The notes: generated from the letters alone by a model not told the origin. Shown: positions 1 through 7,997, numbered from the stretch's first letter. The stretch is DNA of 53,869 bases from a virus (IMGVR_UViG_3300014156_000002:1-53869); one strand, 5' to 3'. A program made the numbers and translations.

Positions 1-76
1 CCGCGCACAGCGCCGCCCACAGCGCCGCGCACAGCGTCGCGCACAGCGCCGCCCACAGCGCCGTCCACAGCGCCGC
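1..76. repeat. 76-bp terminal direct overlap, identical to 53794-53869 (circular assembly signature)
   Basis: Base-by-base comparison of the first and last 76 nt shows identity. Removing one copy restores the reading frame across the junction. Confidence 0.9.
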
Positions 77-727
77 CCACAGCGCCGCGCACAGCGCCGC
101 CCACAGCGCCGCGCACAGCGTCGCGCACAGCGCCGCCCACAGCGCCGCCCACAGCGCCGCGCACAGCGCCGCCCACAGCGCCGCTCACAGCGTCGCGCAC
201 AGCGTCGCCCACAGCGTCGCGCACAGCGCCGCCCACAGCGTCGTCCACAGCGTCGCCCACAGCGCCGCTCACAGCGTCGCCCACAGCGCCGCCCACAGCG
301 CCGCTCACAGCGTCGTCCACAGCGTCGTCCACAGCGTCGCGCACAGCGCCGCCCACAGCGCCGCGCACAGCGTCGCTCACAGCGTCGCGCACAGCGCCGC
401 TCACAGCGCCGCGCACAGCGCCGCCCACAGCGCCGCGCACAGCGTCGCGCACAGCGCCGCCCACAGCGCCGCTCACAGCGTCGCGCACAGCGTCGCCCAC
501 AGCGTCGCTCACAGCGCCGCCCACAGCGTCGTCCACAGCGTCGCGCACAGCGCCGCCCACAGCGCCGCGCACAGCGTCGCTCACAGCGTCGCTCACAGCG
601 CCGCCCACAGCGTCGCGCACAGCGCCGCCCACAGCGCCGCTCACAGCGTCGCCCACAGCGCCGCGCACAGCGTCGCGCACAGCGTCGTCCACAGCGCCGC
701 GCACAGCGTCGTCCACAGCGCCGCGCA
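1..727. repeat. Coding 12-bp tandem repeat, consensus CACAGCG(C/T)CG(C/T)N
   Basis: About 60 contiguous units. The minus strand reads (G/D)-A-V-(G/R/S/D). The array continues at 53619-53869. Confidence 0.97.
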
Positions 728-995
728 AATTTTTCCGCGAAGCGACCATTGTTCGCTTCGCTATCTCGATCAGCAACGCAGCAATCGGTCCAGCGAGAGA
801 GACGGCAAGAGGCGAGGTTGTCCAAACGATGACCTTTGGTGATTCCAGGCCGGCGAAACGATAGCACTCGCACACTGCGGCCGCAAACTTCTTTCGGTCA
901 GAGTCTCCGGTGCGCAGCCCGATTTCTATCCACCTGTCGGCCCACTCTTCACAGCGCGCCTTTTGCGCCTCTGTCAGCTTGTCGACTCGTTTCAT
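1..995 (-). CDS. N-terminal part of a DUF6745-like repeat protein (continues across the origin into 53793-52773; 671 aa joined)
   Basis: Not in the ORF track. ATG at 995 overlaps the ParB stop (ATGA). Reads MKRVDKLTEAQKARCEEWADRWIEIGLRTGDSDRKKF..., then the GAV/DAV repeat, open to the window edge. Confidence 0.85.
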   Translation of the reverse strand, partial: MKRVDKLTEAQKARCEEWADRWIEIGLRTGDSDRKKFAAAVCECYRFAGLESPKVIVWTTSPLAVSLAGPIAALLIEIAKRTMVASRKNLRGAVDDAVRGAVDDAVRDAVRGAVGDAVSGAVGGAVRDAVGGAVSDAVSDAVRGAVGGAVRDAVDDAVGGAVSDAVGDAVRDAVSGAVGGAVRDAVRGAVGGAVRGAVSGAVRDAVSDAVRGAVGGAVRDAVDDAVDDAVSGAVGGAVGDAVSGAVGDAVDDAVGGAVRDAVGDAVRDAVSGAVGGAVRGAVGGAVGGAVRDAVRGAVGGAVRGAVGGAVDGAVGGAVRDAVRGAVGGAVR

Positions 996-1771
996 ATTTT
1001 CTCTCCCGCCGCTTCAAGAACCTGTTGTGCCAGTGCTTCCATTTTCTCAAATACCAAATCGTCCTTGATGACGTGACGAGCCAAGTCTACAGCGAGAGCA
1101 GAAAGAGTTTTCGATGGCGAGGCGGGCTTCGGCCGCTTCCCTGTCTCGCGGTCGATGTCGGCCTTGGTAACTTTGCCTTTCGTCTCGGCGACGGCAGCCA
1201 GGTTGCGCTGATGCTCTTTGCCTAGCTTGGCGATTTCCTTTGCGGCGGGGCCTTTGATTTTGCCGGCGCGAATCTGCTTCTCGACTTCCGGCGTGGCTTC
1301 GATGAGCGCGAGTCTGCCCTTGACCCATGACTTCGATGTGCGGTACGCCTCGGCGCAATCGTCCTCGGTCATCTGGTAGACATTGATGAGCTGTTGGAGA
1401 TTGTAGGCGTCGTCCATCGGCGTCGTGGGGTTGCGGACGCGGTTCTCTTCGATATTGGCGAGGAAGGCTTGCTGCTCGGTCAGTTGCGTATAAGAGCAGC
1501 GCAGCTCGAGCGGTTCCTTCTCATAGAGCTTGCGCTTGTTAATCTCAGACACCGGCCGCCAGCGGGAGAACCCGGCGACTAGCACGGGCTTGCCCCCGGT
1601 GCGCCGGATCGTCACAGGCTGTAGCTGCCCGTGGCGAAGAATCGAGTCGATGATCCACTGAATATCCGGCAGATCGTGACGCCCGTTCAGCTTCGGATCG
1701 ACATCGATGTGTTGGGGCAGGAAGCGATTCTCGCTTGTGCGGTGACCAGGTACGGTAAATTCGACAGCCAT
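992..1771 (-). CDS. ParB/Srx N-terminal domain protein with HTH-like region
   Basis: SILRHGQLQPVTIR, LVAGFSRWR and ENRVR motifs typical of ParB-like domains; AAGGAA RBS upstream. Confidence 0.85.
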   Translation of the reverse strand: MAVEFTVPGHRTSENRFLPQHIDVDPKLNGRHDLPDIQWIIDSILRHGQLQPVTIRRTGGKPVLVAGFSRWRPVSEINKRKLYEKEPLELRCSYTQLTEQQAFLANIEENRVRNPTTPMDDAYNLQQLINVYQMTEDDCAEAYRTSKSWVKGRLALIEATPEVEKQIRAGKIKGPAAKEIAKLGKEHQRNLAAVAETKGKVTKADIDRETGKRPKPASPSKTLSALAVDLARHVIKDDLVFEKMEALAQQVLEAAGEKI

Positions 1772-1804
1772 GTGGTTCCTTTCGGAGTCTCGGCAGAGAC
1801 TTAT

Positions 1805-1993
1805 CTACTTGGTAAACAGTTGGCGAAGCTCCTCATCGGTGAGCGTGGGACGCCGCCTATCGGCTGGGCCAGAGAGCAGCGCGTCTTCCATACGATCGAT
1901 GAATCGGCTATCCCGGCGAGCTCGCATGAGGCGCAGGACGGAGCCCACGAGGGCGATGGTGGCGAGGGCGACGAGTATCCAGGCGAGGGTCAT
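1805..1993 (-). CDS. Small single-pass membrane protein
   Basis: Hydrophobic N-terminus. Its ATG overlaps the reconstructed native stop of the upstream ATPase. Confidence 0.7.
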   Translation of the reverse strand: MTLAWILVALATIALVGSVLRLMRARRDSRFIDRMEDALLSGPADRRRPTLTDEELRQLFTK

Positions 1994-2000
1994 TGTGTTT

Positions 2001-3178
2001 GGGATTTATATACATGACTCCCTGGGGGTAGCCAGTATACAATTTTGTTTTGAGGCAGCGCTCTCCCCGAGCGCAAGGATGTTGATTGCGGCGTTGTGGT
2101 CGCGGCCCAAAGATAGCCCACAGTGAGGACATTCATGCTGCCGTTGCGCCAACGTCTTTGGGACCTTTTCGCCGCATCCTGAACAGGTTTTGGTTGTGTT
2201 GCGTGGATCGACCGGCACTACCCATTTCCCAGCCTTCTCAGCTTCGGAGTTGAGTGTTTTAACCAGTTGCGCCCACGCAGCGTCAAGAATTGATTTGGCA
2301 AAGCGGGATTGAGCCATGCCACGGATGTTGAGTTTTTCGTGCGCGATTAGGTCGTATTCGGCCACCAGTTGCTTCGCTACGCCCGTCAGATAGGACAAAC
2401 GCAGTCCAGCGATTCGCTGATGGACGCGGCGTACACGCTCCCGGCTATTGGCCCTGTTCTTGCTTCCTTTGACCTTTCTTGCCAAGTCTTGATTGGCAGC
2501 GGCCAATCTATCCTCTTCCTGTTTTGTCCAGCGTGGATTGGCAATCTCCGACCCGTCACTCAATGTAGCGAGTGTTGTCAATCCAACGTCGATGCCGATC
2601 GCGTTGCGCACGGCGATCCTCTCAGGCGCGGGACCGATGTCGCAAACCACTTGCGCCTGCCACTTGGAGCCGCAGCGTTTTACCCGAATCTCTAACGGAT
2701 CGCCTTTGATCTTGCACTTGGTCTTCGTGCGGAAGGTGCCGAGGCGAGTGAGTTTTAACATCCCACCGGAGAAACTGAAACTCCCAGTCGGTACATTGAA
2801 TGAATCGTATCGATCTCGGCTGCGAAAACGAGGGAATCCTGGTTTTTCGCCGCTTTTGATCCTGCGGAAGAATGCTTTGAAGGCGCGGTCGAGACGGCGC
2901 AATGGATCGCGCTGAATCGCCACAGGGAAATTCCCATACTCCTCAATCCCGCCACGCAATTCGGTAAGTTGCGTCTGCTGATTGAGATAGTTCACTGAGA
3001 ATCGTAACTCTCGATAAGCGTTCCGCCTCTGCTGCAACGCCATGTTATACAATTCGCACAACTGCGCAAGAAGACGATGGAGCGTCTCATCTTGCCGCTT
3101 CGTTACTTTCATGCGCATTGTGTATGTCCGGATCACTGGTTTATCGTACCTCAAAAGGGAGTCAAGTATATAAGTCCC
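2001..3178 (-). mobile_element. Non-autonomous TIR-bounded element carrying tnpB, with 8-bp target-site duplication
   Basis: IR 2001-2023 GGGATTTATATACATGACTCCCT vs reverse complement of 3156-3178 GGGACTTATATACTTGACTCCCT (21/23). TTGTGTTT is directly repeated at 1993-2000 and 3179-3186. Confidence 0.9.
2006..3136 (-). CDS. tnpB: TnpB RNA-guided endonuclease (376 aa from GTG 3136), in frame with the upstream ATPase
   Basis: RTYTMRM..LCELYNMALQQR N-terminus, KPGFPRFRS, RuvC-I IGIDVGL, RuvC-II IAHEKLNI, zinc finger CSGC..CPHC, RuvC-III RDHNAAINI. Confidence 0.95.
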   Translation of the reverse strand: MIRTYTMRMKVTKRQDETLHRLLAQLCELYNMALQQRRNAYRELRFSVNYLNQQTQLTELRGGIEEYGNFPVAIQRDPLRRLDRAFKAFFRRIKSGEKPGFPRFRSRDRYDSFNVPTGSFSFSGGMLKLTRLGTFRTKTKCKIKGDPLEIRVKRCGSKWQAQVVCDIGPAPERIAVRNAIGIDVGLTTLATLSDGSEIANPRWTKQEEDRLAAANQDLARKVKGSKNRANSRERVRRVHQRIAGLRLSYLTGVAKQLVAEYDLIAHEKLNIRGMAQSRFAKSILDAAWAQLVKTLNSEAEKAGKWVVPVDPRNTTKTCSGCGEKVPKTLAQRQHECPHCGLSLGRDHNAAINILALGESAASKQNCILATPRESCI

Positions 3179-3850
3179 TTGTGTTTCTCCCATGAGGCGC
3201 ATTTCAAGTTCCATAAGCGCGGCGCGGACGTTTCCGTTCGTTTGCTTGATAATGCGCGCGCAATTCGGGACCGGAGATTCGGATTCGCTCTGCCACACGC
3301 TTTCGAGCAGACGCGCTGCGTCGGGTTGTATTCCGTAGGTTGTGAAGTTGAGCACGCGATTCCGGCTCAGGAACGCCTCGGAGAGCCGGTCTGTATCGGT
3401 GCAAGTGAACACCCAAACGGTGTCGGGAATCGTCTCAGTTCCGTCCAAATAGCTCAGAATCTCAAGCTGGGCAGCTTCGCTCATCTTATGCGCCTCATCG
3501 ATCACGATTACATGGCGCTCGAAGCCTTTTGGCGCGACGTACCAGCACGAATAGGCCACATCGCGGATAGCATCGACTGTACAGCGTCCAGCTCGGATGT
3601 GATGCACGAATCCTTGTACTTCCCGCGCCAGGGAGAGAGCCATCGAAGTCTTCCCCGTGCCAGCCGAGCCCAGGAACACAAACCCGGCATTCGAGGGGCG
3701 CGCAACGAATCCACCCAGCACGCGCTTTACTTCGCTCAAGCCAGCAAAGTCGGCGATGCGCTGGGGCCTGTAACGCTCGGATATCGGCTCAGGGAAAGCG
3801 AGCAGCGGATCAGGTTCCATCTCGGCAAAGAGTAGGGTTTGAGCGCTCAT
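3179..3850 (-). CDS. Clamp-loader/RarA-like AAA+ ATPase; stop codon displaced by the insertion, reads through into TnpB (2006-3850, 614 aa)
   Basis: ERYRPQRIADFAG, Walker A GSAGTGKTS, Walker B IVIDEAH, LSR arginine finger, GNVRAAL sensor 2. Confidence 0.88.
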
Positions 3851-4191
3851 GCGGCCCTCCCGGTGCAGTCGTCGCCATAGTGACCGCAGATCGGACAGAG
3901 ACCAGCGCCGCGCTTAACGTGCTCAGTTGTCGATTGTGTGGGGACGCGGAAATTACGCGAACGGTTGAGCAGCGACCCATCGGCTATCGATCCGATGGTT
4001 CTCCACACTCTAGCATTGTGAGAGATAGGCAGCGTGTCTAGAATGGCCACGATGCCACTGAGTTCGTTCAGGATGGAATCGAAGCGACCTGCGGACAGTT
4101 CCCCGGCTTCGACCTCATTTACAAATCCCCGTAGCCGCGCTTCGCACAGCTTCAGGGACGCTTTCTCTTTGGCTGTCAGTAAAGGGTGCAT
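3847..4191 (-). CDS. Hypothetical protein (114 aa from ATG 4191) with C-terminal CxxC
   Basis: AAGGAG RBS before ATG 4191; stop overlaps the ATPase start. Confidence 0.7.
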   Translation of the reverse strand: MHPLLTAKEKASLKLCEARLRGFVNEVEAGELSAGRFDSILNELSGIVAILDTLPISHNARVWRTIGSIADGSLLNRSRNFRVPTQSTTEHVKRGAGLCPICGHYGDDCTGRAA

Positions 4192-4299
4192 AAGGTGCTC
4201 TCCTTTTCGCTTTCTACTCTGCCACAAGCGCAACGTAGTTACAAGATCACCTTGGTAACATGATTGCTTTTTTTTTCGCAGTGCATCATAGTTACATCC
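4192..4299. promoter_or_regulatory. Divergent promoter/operator region
   Basis: AT-rich gap between divergent genes. Rightward TTGCTT-17-CATAGT (4264-4292), leftward TTGTAA-17-CAGAGT, TAGTTACA present twice. Confidence 0.5.
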
Positions 4300-4611
4300 A
4301 TGCGCGACGTGTTGGCTACATCCACCCCCCCTCTCTCGCCTCTGGAGTTTCGTGAGTATCTGCTTCAGGAGCGTGCGCGGGGCTGCAAATTGCAGGCAAT
4401 TGGCGTGCGATTCGGCGTGTCGCACGTAGCTGTGGGCCACTGGATCGCCGGAAGCCGCAAGCCGAGCAGGACAGCGCTGATCCTGGCTGGCTACTTGGCG
4501 CGCGAGTCTGCCGGCGAGTGGCCGATGGGCGGGAACTTGTCCGTGAAGGGCGGAGGCGACGGCTTTGACGTGCAGGTGACCAAGGTCGGAAAAAATAAAA
4601 AATCTGGTTGA
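4300..4611 (+). CDS. Cro/XRE-like HTH regulator
   Basis: LQAIGVRFGVSHVAVGHWIAGSRKPS helix-turn-helix pattern; located at the divergence point. Confidence 0.75.
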   Translation: MRDVLATSTPPLSPLEFREYLLQERARGCKLQAIGVRFGVSHVAVGHWIAGSRKPSRTALILAGYLARESAGEWPMGGNLSVKGGGDGFDVQVTKVGKNKKSG

Positions 4612-4636
4612 CAAAGCTATGATTATGCACTATGAT
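4608..4636 (+). promoter_or_regulatory. Near-consensus sigma70 promoter with overlapping CTATGATTA direct repeats
   Basis: TTGACA (4608-4613), 17-nt spacer, TATGAT (4631-4636). Confidence 0.8.
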
Positions 4637-4647
4637 TACGTTAAGCT

Positions 4648-4980
4648 ATGAACATCTGCAAAAGGTGCGGGCATGAGTGGCGAGCGAGAAAAGACGGCAA
4701 GCCGGTGCAGTGTCCCGGGTGCAAGAGTCCTTACTGGGACCGGGAGAGAAAGCATGGTAGTGGTGAAGGTGTTGTGCCGGGGGTGCCTGAAGGAGTTGCC
4801 AATTCGGGCCGAAGTTCGTGTAGCGGGAGACGGAAACCTGATGGTGGAGCTACGGGGAGACGAGAGTCAGGAATCGGTTCTAGTCCTCATCGCTTGGCCT
4901 GTCCACGATGCGGAAAAACCGAGTCTGTAAGGCCGTGGGGAAACCAGCACAGGTGCCTCGACTGCAAAACCAATTTCTGA
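4648..4980 (+). CDS. Zinc-ribbon protein
   Basis: CKRCGHEW..CPGCKSPYW and CPRC..CLDC; directly after the promoter. Confidence 0.7.
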   Translation: MNICKRCGHEWRARKDGKPVQCPGCKSPYWDRERKHGSGEGVVPGVPEGVANSGRSSCSGRRKPDGGATGRRESGIGSSPHRLACPRCGKTESVRPWGNQHRCLDCKTNF

Positions 4981-5247
4981 CCGTAAGGGGAGTCATAGGT
5001 GATGGCCAGAGTGTTGCCGATCTAGGGAGAGAAGAGCGAGAACAGGTGGCCGAGCTTAAGGCTGACAACGAGCGGCTTCGCTAACTACTGGCTGAGTATG
5101 CGGATTACCTCGGCGAGCACTGCTGCATCCCAAACACGCCTGCCGGGAAAAGGGCTTGGATGGATGGCGAGATTTCCCATCGAAAAGTGAGTGAGGTCTG
5201 AGCAGAACGTAACACTTTTCCGCATCCAACCAGAGTAGGATATTCGC

Positions 5248-5733
5248 ATGTCTCATCACCACGAGCCCGAGCAGATCAAAAACCATCAGCTTTCCGAATT
5301 GATCTGCCAGAATAAGATCATCATTCGCCTGCTCTCAATCATCGCAGCCGAAGATGCTCCGCCAATCCTCAGCTCCATCCAAATCCAGTTCCAGGAGAAC
5401 ACTATGGCAGCAGTCGCAGGTCCAGTTACACTCACTACCGCAGGCCAGCAGGTCACAGCCTCAGTCCTCGGCTTCGATCAGTTCGGCAATCCATTCACCG
5501 GCACCATGCCCACAGCTACGCTCTCCTCGAGCGACACCGCGCAGGCCGTAGTGACGTTCGATCCCACGACCGGCCTGACCGCGGCGGTTGCCAACGGCAC
5601 AGCCAACATCACCGCTTCGCTGACCACCGCCGAAGGGTTGGCCCTCACCGACACGGAGACGGTCACGGTGGCGATCCCCGTCGTGCCACCTCCCAATCCT
5701 GTTCTGTCGAGCATTAAGGTGGCGTTCGCGTAA
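5248..5733 (+). CDS. Ig-like (Big_2-type) protein with probable second in-frame start at 5404
   Basis: DQFGNP..SSSDTAQAVVT..GLTAAVANGTANITAS pattern. AGGAG RBS before ATG 5404; TAGGAT 6 nt before ATG 5248. Confidence 0.75.
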   Translation: MSHHHEPEQIKNHQLSELICQNKIIIRLLSIIAAEDAPPILSSIQIQFQENTMAAVAGPVTLTTAGQQVTASVLGFDQFGNPFTGTMPTATLSSSDTAQAVVTFDPTTGLTAAVANGTANITASLTTAEGLALTDTETVTVAIPVVPPPNPVLSSIKVAFA

Positions 5734-5766
5734 AACGGTTCCGCATCAGCGGTTCCTGCTCTGCGG

Positions 5767-5800
5767 AAAAAAAGAGGCCCCGGCTATCAACCGGGGCCTT
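5767..5800 (-). terminator. Rho-independent terminator (U tract on the minus strand; possibly bidirectional)
   Basis: AGGCCCCGG-7nt-CCGGGGCCT stem preceded by A7; a second hairpin at about 5739-5768. Confidence 0.65.
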
Positions 5801-6423
5801 GCCTGTGTTTGGGGTAAAGGTGCGGGGCTGCTCCCGAGACGGCTTGGAAGGCCACTGGGAGCGACGGGGATGTGTCGCAGCCCACGGCCCCGCATTGACA
5901 GAATATCCCCCCTGTGCTTCAATTGCAACTGTCGCCGCTCACATTCATGGAAATTTCCCCGACAATTCGGTACGAAAGTTTCCCCGTTAGTTCGTGCGCC
6001 TCGACATCCTGCACGAAAGGCAGGCGGCGGGGGAAGACGTGGTTCGAGCGTCAGTGGACCGCTGGTAGAATCGGGACCAATCGCCTAAATCCGCGAGGAT
6101 AAGCTGAGTGCGCGGGTTCAGCGGTGCTGGCCTGCGTGGTGGTTAAGGCGTCAAACCCATCCACGGCACGAACCCGCCCCCAGGGGAGACTCTGGCCCGT
6201 CGCCCGGCTCCGGCCACGCATGGGAAAAGGCGCTTGGCGATAGCCAGCGGCTAAAGTGCGGCTAACTTCGTGAAAACGGGTTAACCACACCCTTGCCCAT
6301 CACCCTCACCAGCACCGCATAGGCTAGAAATAAAGGTCTTTGAGTGTAAGTGAGACTATTTACTCTTTAGTAAAATCTCTGTCTGGACATGCGGGACCGG
6401 GTTTGGTGGTAATATTTGGGTTC

Positions 6424-6861
6424 ATGGATGACATCTCTCCCGTTCGGGACATCACAGGCCAAAAGCTCCGAATCCTCCGCAAGCGGGCCAGATTGACGCA
6501 GAACGCGGTTGTCGCCATGTGCGGGGTGTCCGAGACCACGATTTGCTACCTCGAAAAGGGCCTCAGAAAGCCACAGTCCGGCACACTGCAAAAGCTCCTC
6601 AACCTCTACGCCCAGAGGATTCGCTACTGGGAACAGATCGCACAAGCTGTGAACGGAGAATCCCATGCCCAAGGAAAAATCGATAGCCAAGCGCCTGAGT
6701 GGAGACGAGGCTCTGGACTCGCTGCTCAACCGCGTCCATCGGCAACTGTCCAAGCAGTTCGCGGACCCGGACCCACTGCTGCGCCAGATTTACACCCGCC
6801 TCTGCGCTCACGGTCATTTCCACTCGCACAAGGCGTACCACGGGTACAGCGCAACGGTTGA
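6424..6861 (+). CDS. XRE-family HTH regulator
   Basis: GQKLRILRKRARLTQ..CGVSETTICYLEKGLRKPQ; start chosen at ATG 6424; the C-terminus overlaps the next gene. Confidence 0.8.
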   Translation: MDDISPVRDITGQKLRILRKRARLTQNAVVAMCGVSETTICYLEKGLRKPQSGTLQKLLNLYAQRIRYWEQIAQAVNGESHAQGKIDSQAPEWRRGSGLAAQPRPSATVQAVRGPGPTAAPDLHPPLRSRSFPLAQGVPRVQRNG

Positions 6862-7240
6862 GATTTCGTTCCACGGTGCCGATGCCGATGTGAGGCTGGT
6901 CTTCAAACCGGCCATGAGTTTCGCGCCGCCGCTGACCGACGAATTTCACGTCGAGAACGCTGGGATGGGAGTGCTCGTCGGTGGCCCGGTCGAGATCAAG
7001 GTAGAGATTCCCGTGCGGCCTCCGAACGCGGTCAGGGAAGATTGCGGCATGGATATGCCGGTCCAGGTCGAGGAAAACGGCGTGCTTGTCGAAAAGATGG
7101 TGCCCGCGGCAAGGTACAAGACGAAGCTGAAGGCTGGGCAGTCGTACCCGCGCGTCGCCAACATGGACGTTCCTGCGTTTCAGGGCAAGTTCGACGTGAG
7201 CGACGATCTGGTAGCCGATTACGGGCTTCAAACGAGGTAG
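6665..7240 (+). CDS. Hypothetical protein
   Basis: GGAG RBS; colinear with the packaging operon. Confidence 0.7.
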   Translation: MPKEKSIAKRLSGDEALDSLLNRVHRQLSKQFADPDPLLRQIYTRLCAHGHFHSHKAYHGYSATVEISFHGADADVRLVFKPAMSFAPPLTDEFHVENAGMGVLVGGPVEIKVEIPVRPPNAVREDCGMDMPVQVEENGVLVEKMVPAARYKTKLKAGQSYPRVANMDVPAFQGKFDVSDDLVADYGLQTR

Positions 7241-7242
7241 CG

Positions 7243-7995
7243 ATGCCACCGGCGAAGTTCAAACCGAAGCGCGACAAATCGAATGCGGCGAAAACTGCCG
7301 CCGCGCTCGCACGCCTCAAAGCGCGATGGGAGGTTGACCATGAAGACGAAGACTGGGAGCCGGAAAAAGAGCCGATCATCACGCCCATGCTCAAAGGAGT
7401 CGAGGGAGGAATCGCTCATGTACTTGAGGCGCTGCGGGCTCACGACGACGACGACGCGCATGCGTTCATCAGTGTTTACGACGAACTTACGGCGAGCGAT
7501 AGAAAAGTGCTCGGAGTCGAATCTGTTGCGTTTGCAGCGGGATTGTCTTCTCTTAGGCTTGCCGAGGTAGCTCAGACTGCACTTTTTCTTCACGGCCAGA
7601 TGAAAACCAAAATGCTGCTTTCATCGGCGATGCCGAAGGTCATGCGCTCAACCATCAAAGCCGCAACGGATGAGGTTCCCATCACCGCCTACGACTTCGA
7701 CCTGGGCGCGAACACGGTAGTGGGCAAGACGAACGGCGACATTCGCGCGATGGAGATGTTCCACAAGATGAGCGGAATGATGCCGATTCCGAAGGGGTCG
7801 CAGATCGCCATCCAGGTGAACGCCGCCGAAAAGGAACCCAAGACAATTGAAGCCGGCCACACATGGAAGTACCCCGAGGAGCGCCTGAAGGAGATTGTGG
7901 GCATCACCAACCCGAAGCAGCTTGATGCCCCGCGCACCGTGGCTTCCGATCACATCCACTTCGACGCGAACCGACCGATGGTCTTCGAGAGGTAG
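7243..7995 (+). CDS. Hypothetical protein, positional candidate for terminase small subunit
   Basis: GAGGT RBS before ATG 7243; helical protein immediately upstream of the large terminase. Confidence 0.5.
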   Translation: MPPAKFKPKRDKSNAAKTAAALARLKARWEVDHEDEDWEPEKEPIITPMLKGVEGGIAHVLEALRAHDDDDAHAFISVYDELTASDRKVLGVESVAFAAGLSSLRLAEVAQTALFLHGQMKTKMLLSSAMPKVMRSTIKAATDEVPITAYDFDLGANTVVGKTNGDIRAMEMFHKMSGMMPIPKGSQIAIQVNAAEKEPKTIEAGHTWKYPEERLKEIVGITNPKQLDAPRTVASDHIHFDANRPMVFER

Positions 7996-7997
7996 CC

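Noticed and set aside
1-727. Repeat array as CRISPR or iterons
   Set aside because: The units are contiguous 12-mers with no unique spacers, they lie in an open frame, and there is no cas operon.
2001-3178. Ordinary IS605/IS1341 or IS607 insertion
   Set aside because: No tnpA is present, and the boundaries are explained by inverted repeats plus an 8-bp duplication, which those families do not make.
2006-3850. Cas12-like effector or an ancient single 614-aa protein
   Set aside because: There is no CRISPR array, and the junction contains the element IR and TSD, so the fusion derives from the insertion.
3847-4614. 255-aa version of the ORF upstream of the ATPase
   Set aside because: Its 5' half overlaps the opposite-strand HTH gene and promoter region; the SD-supported start is at 4191.
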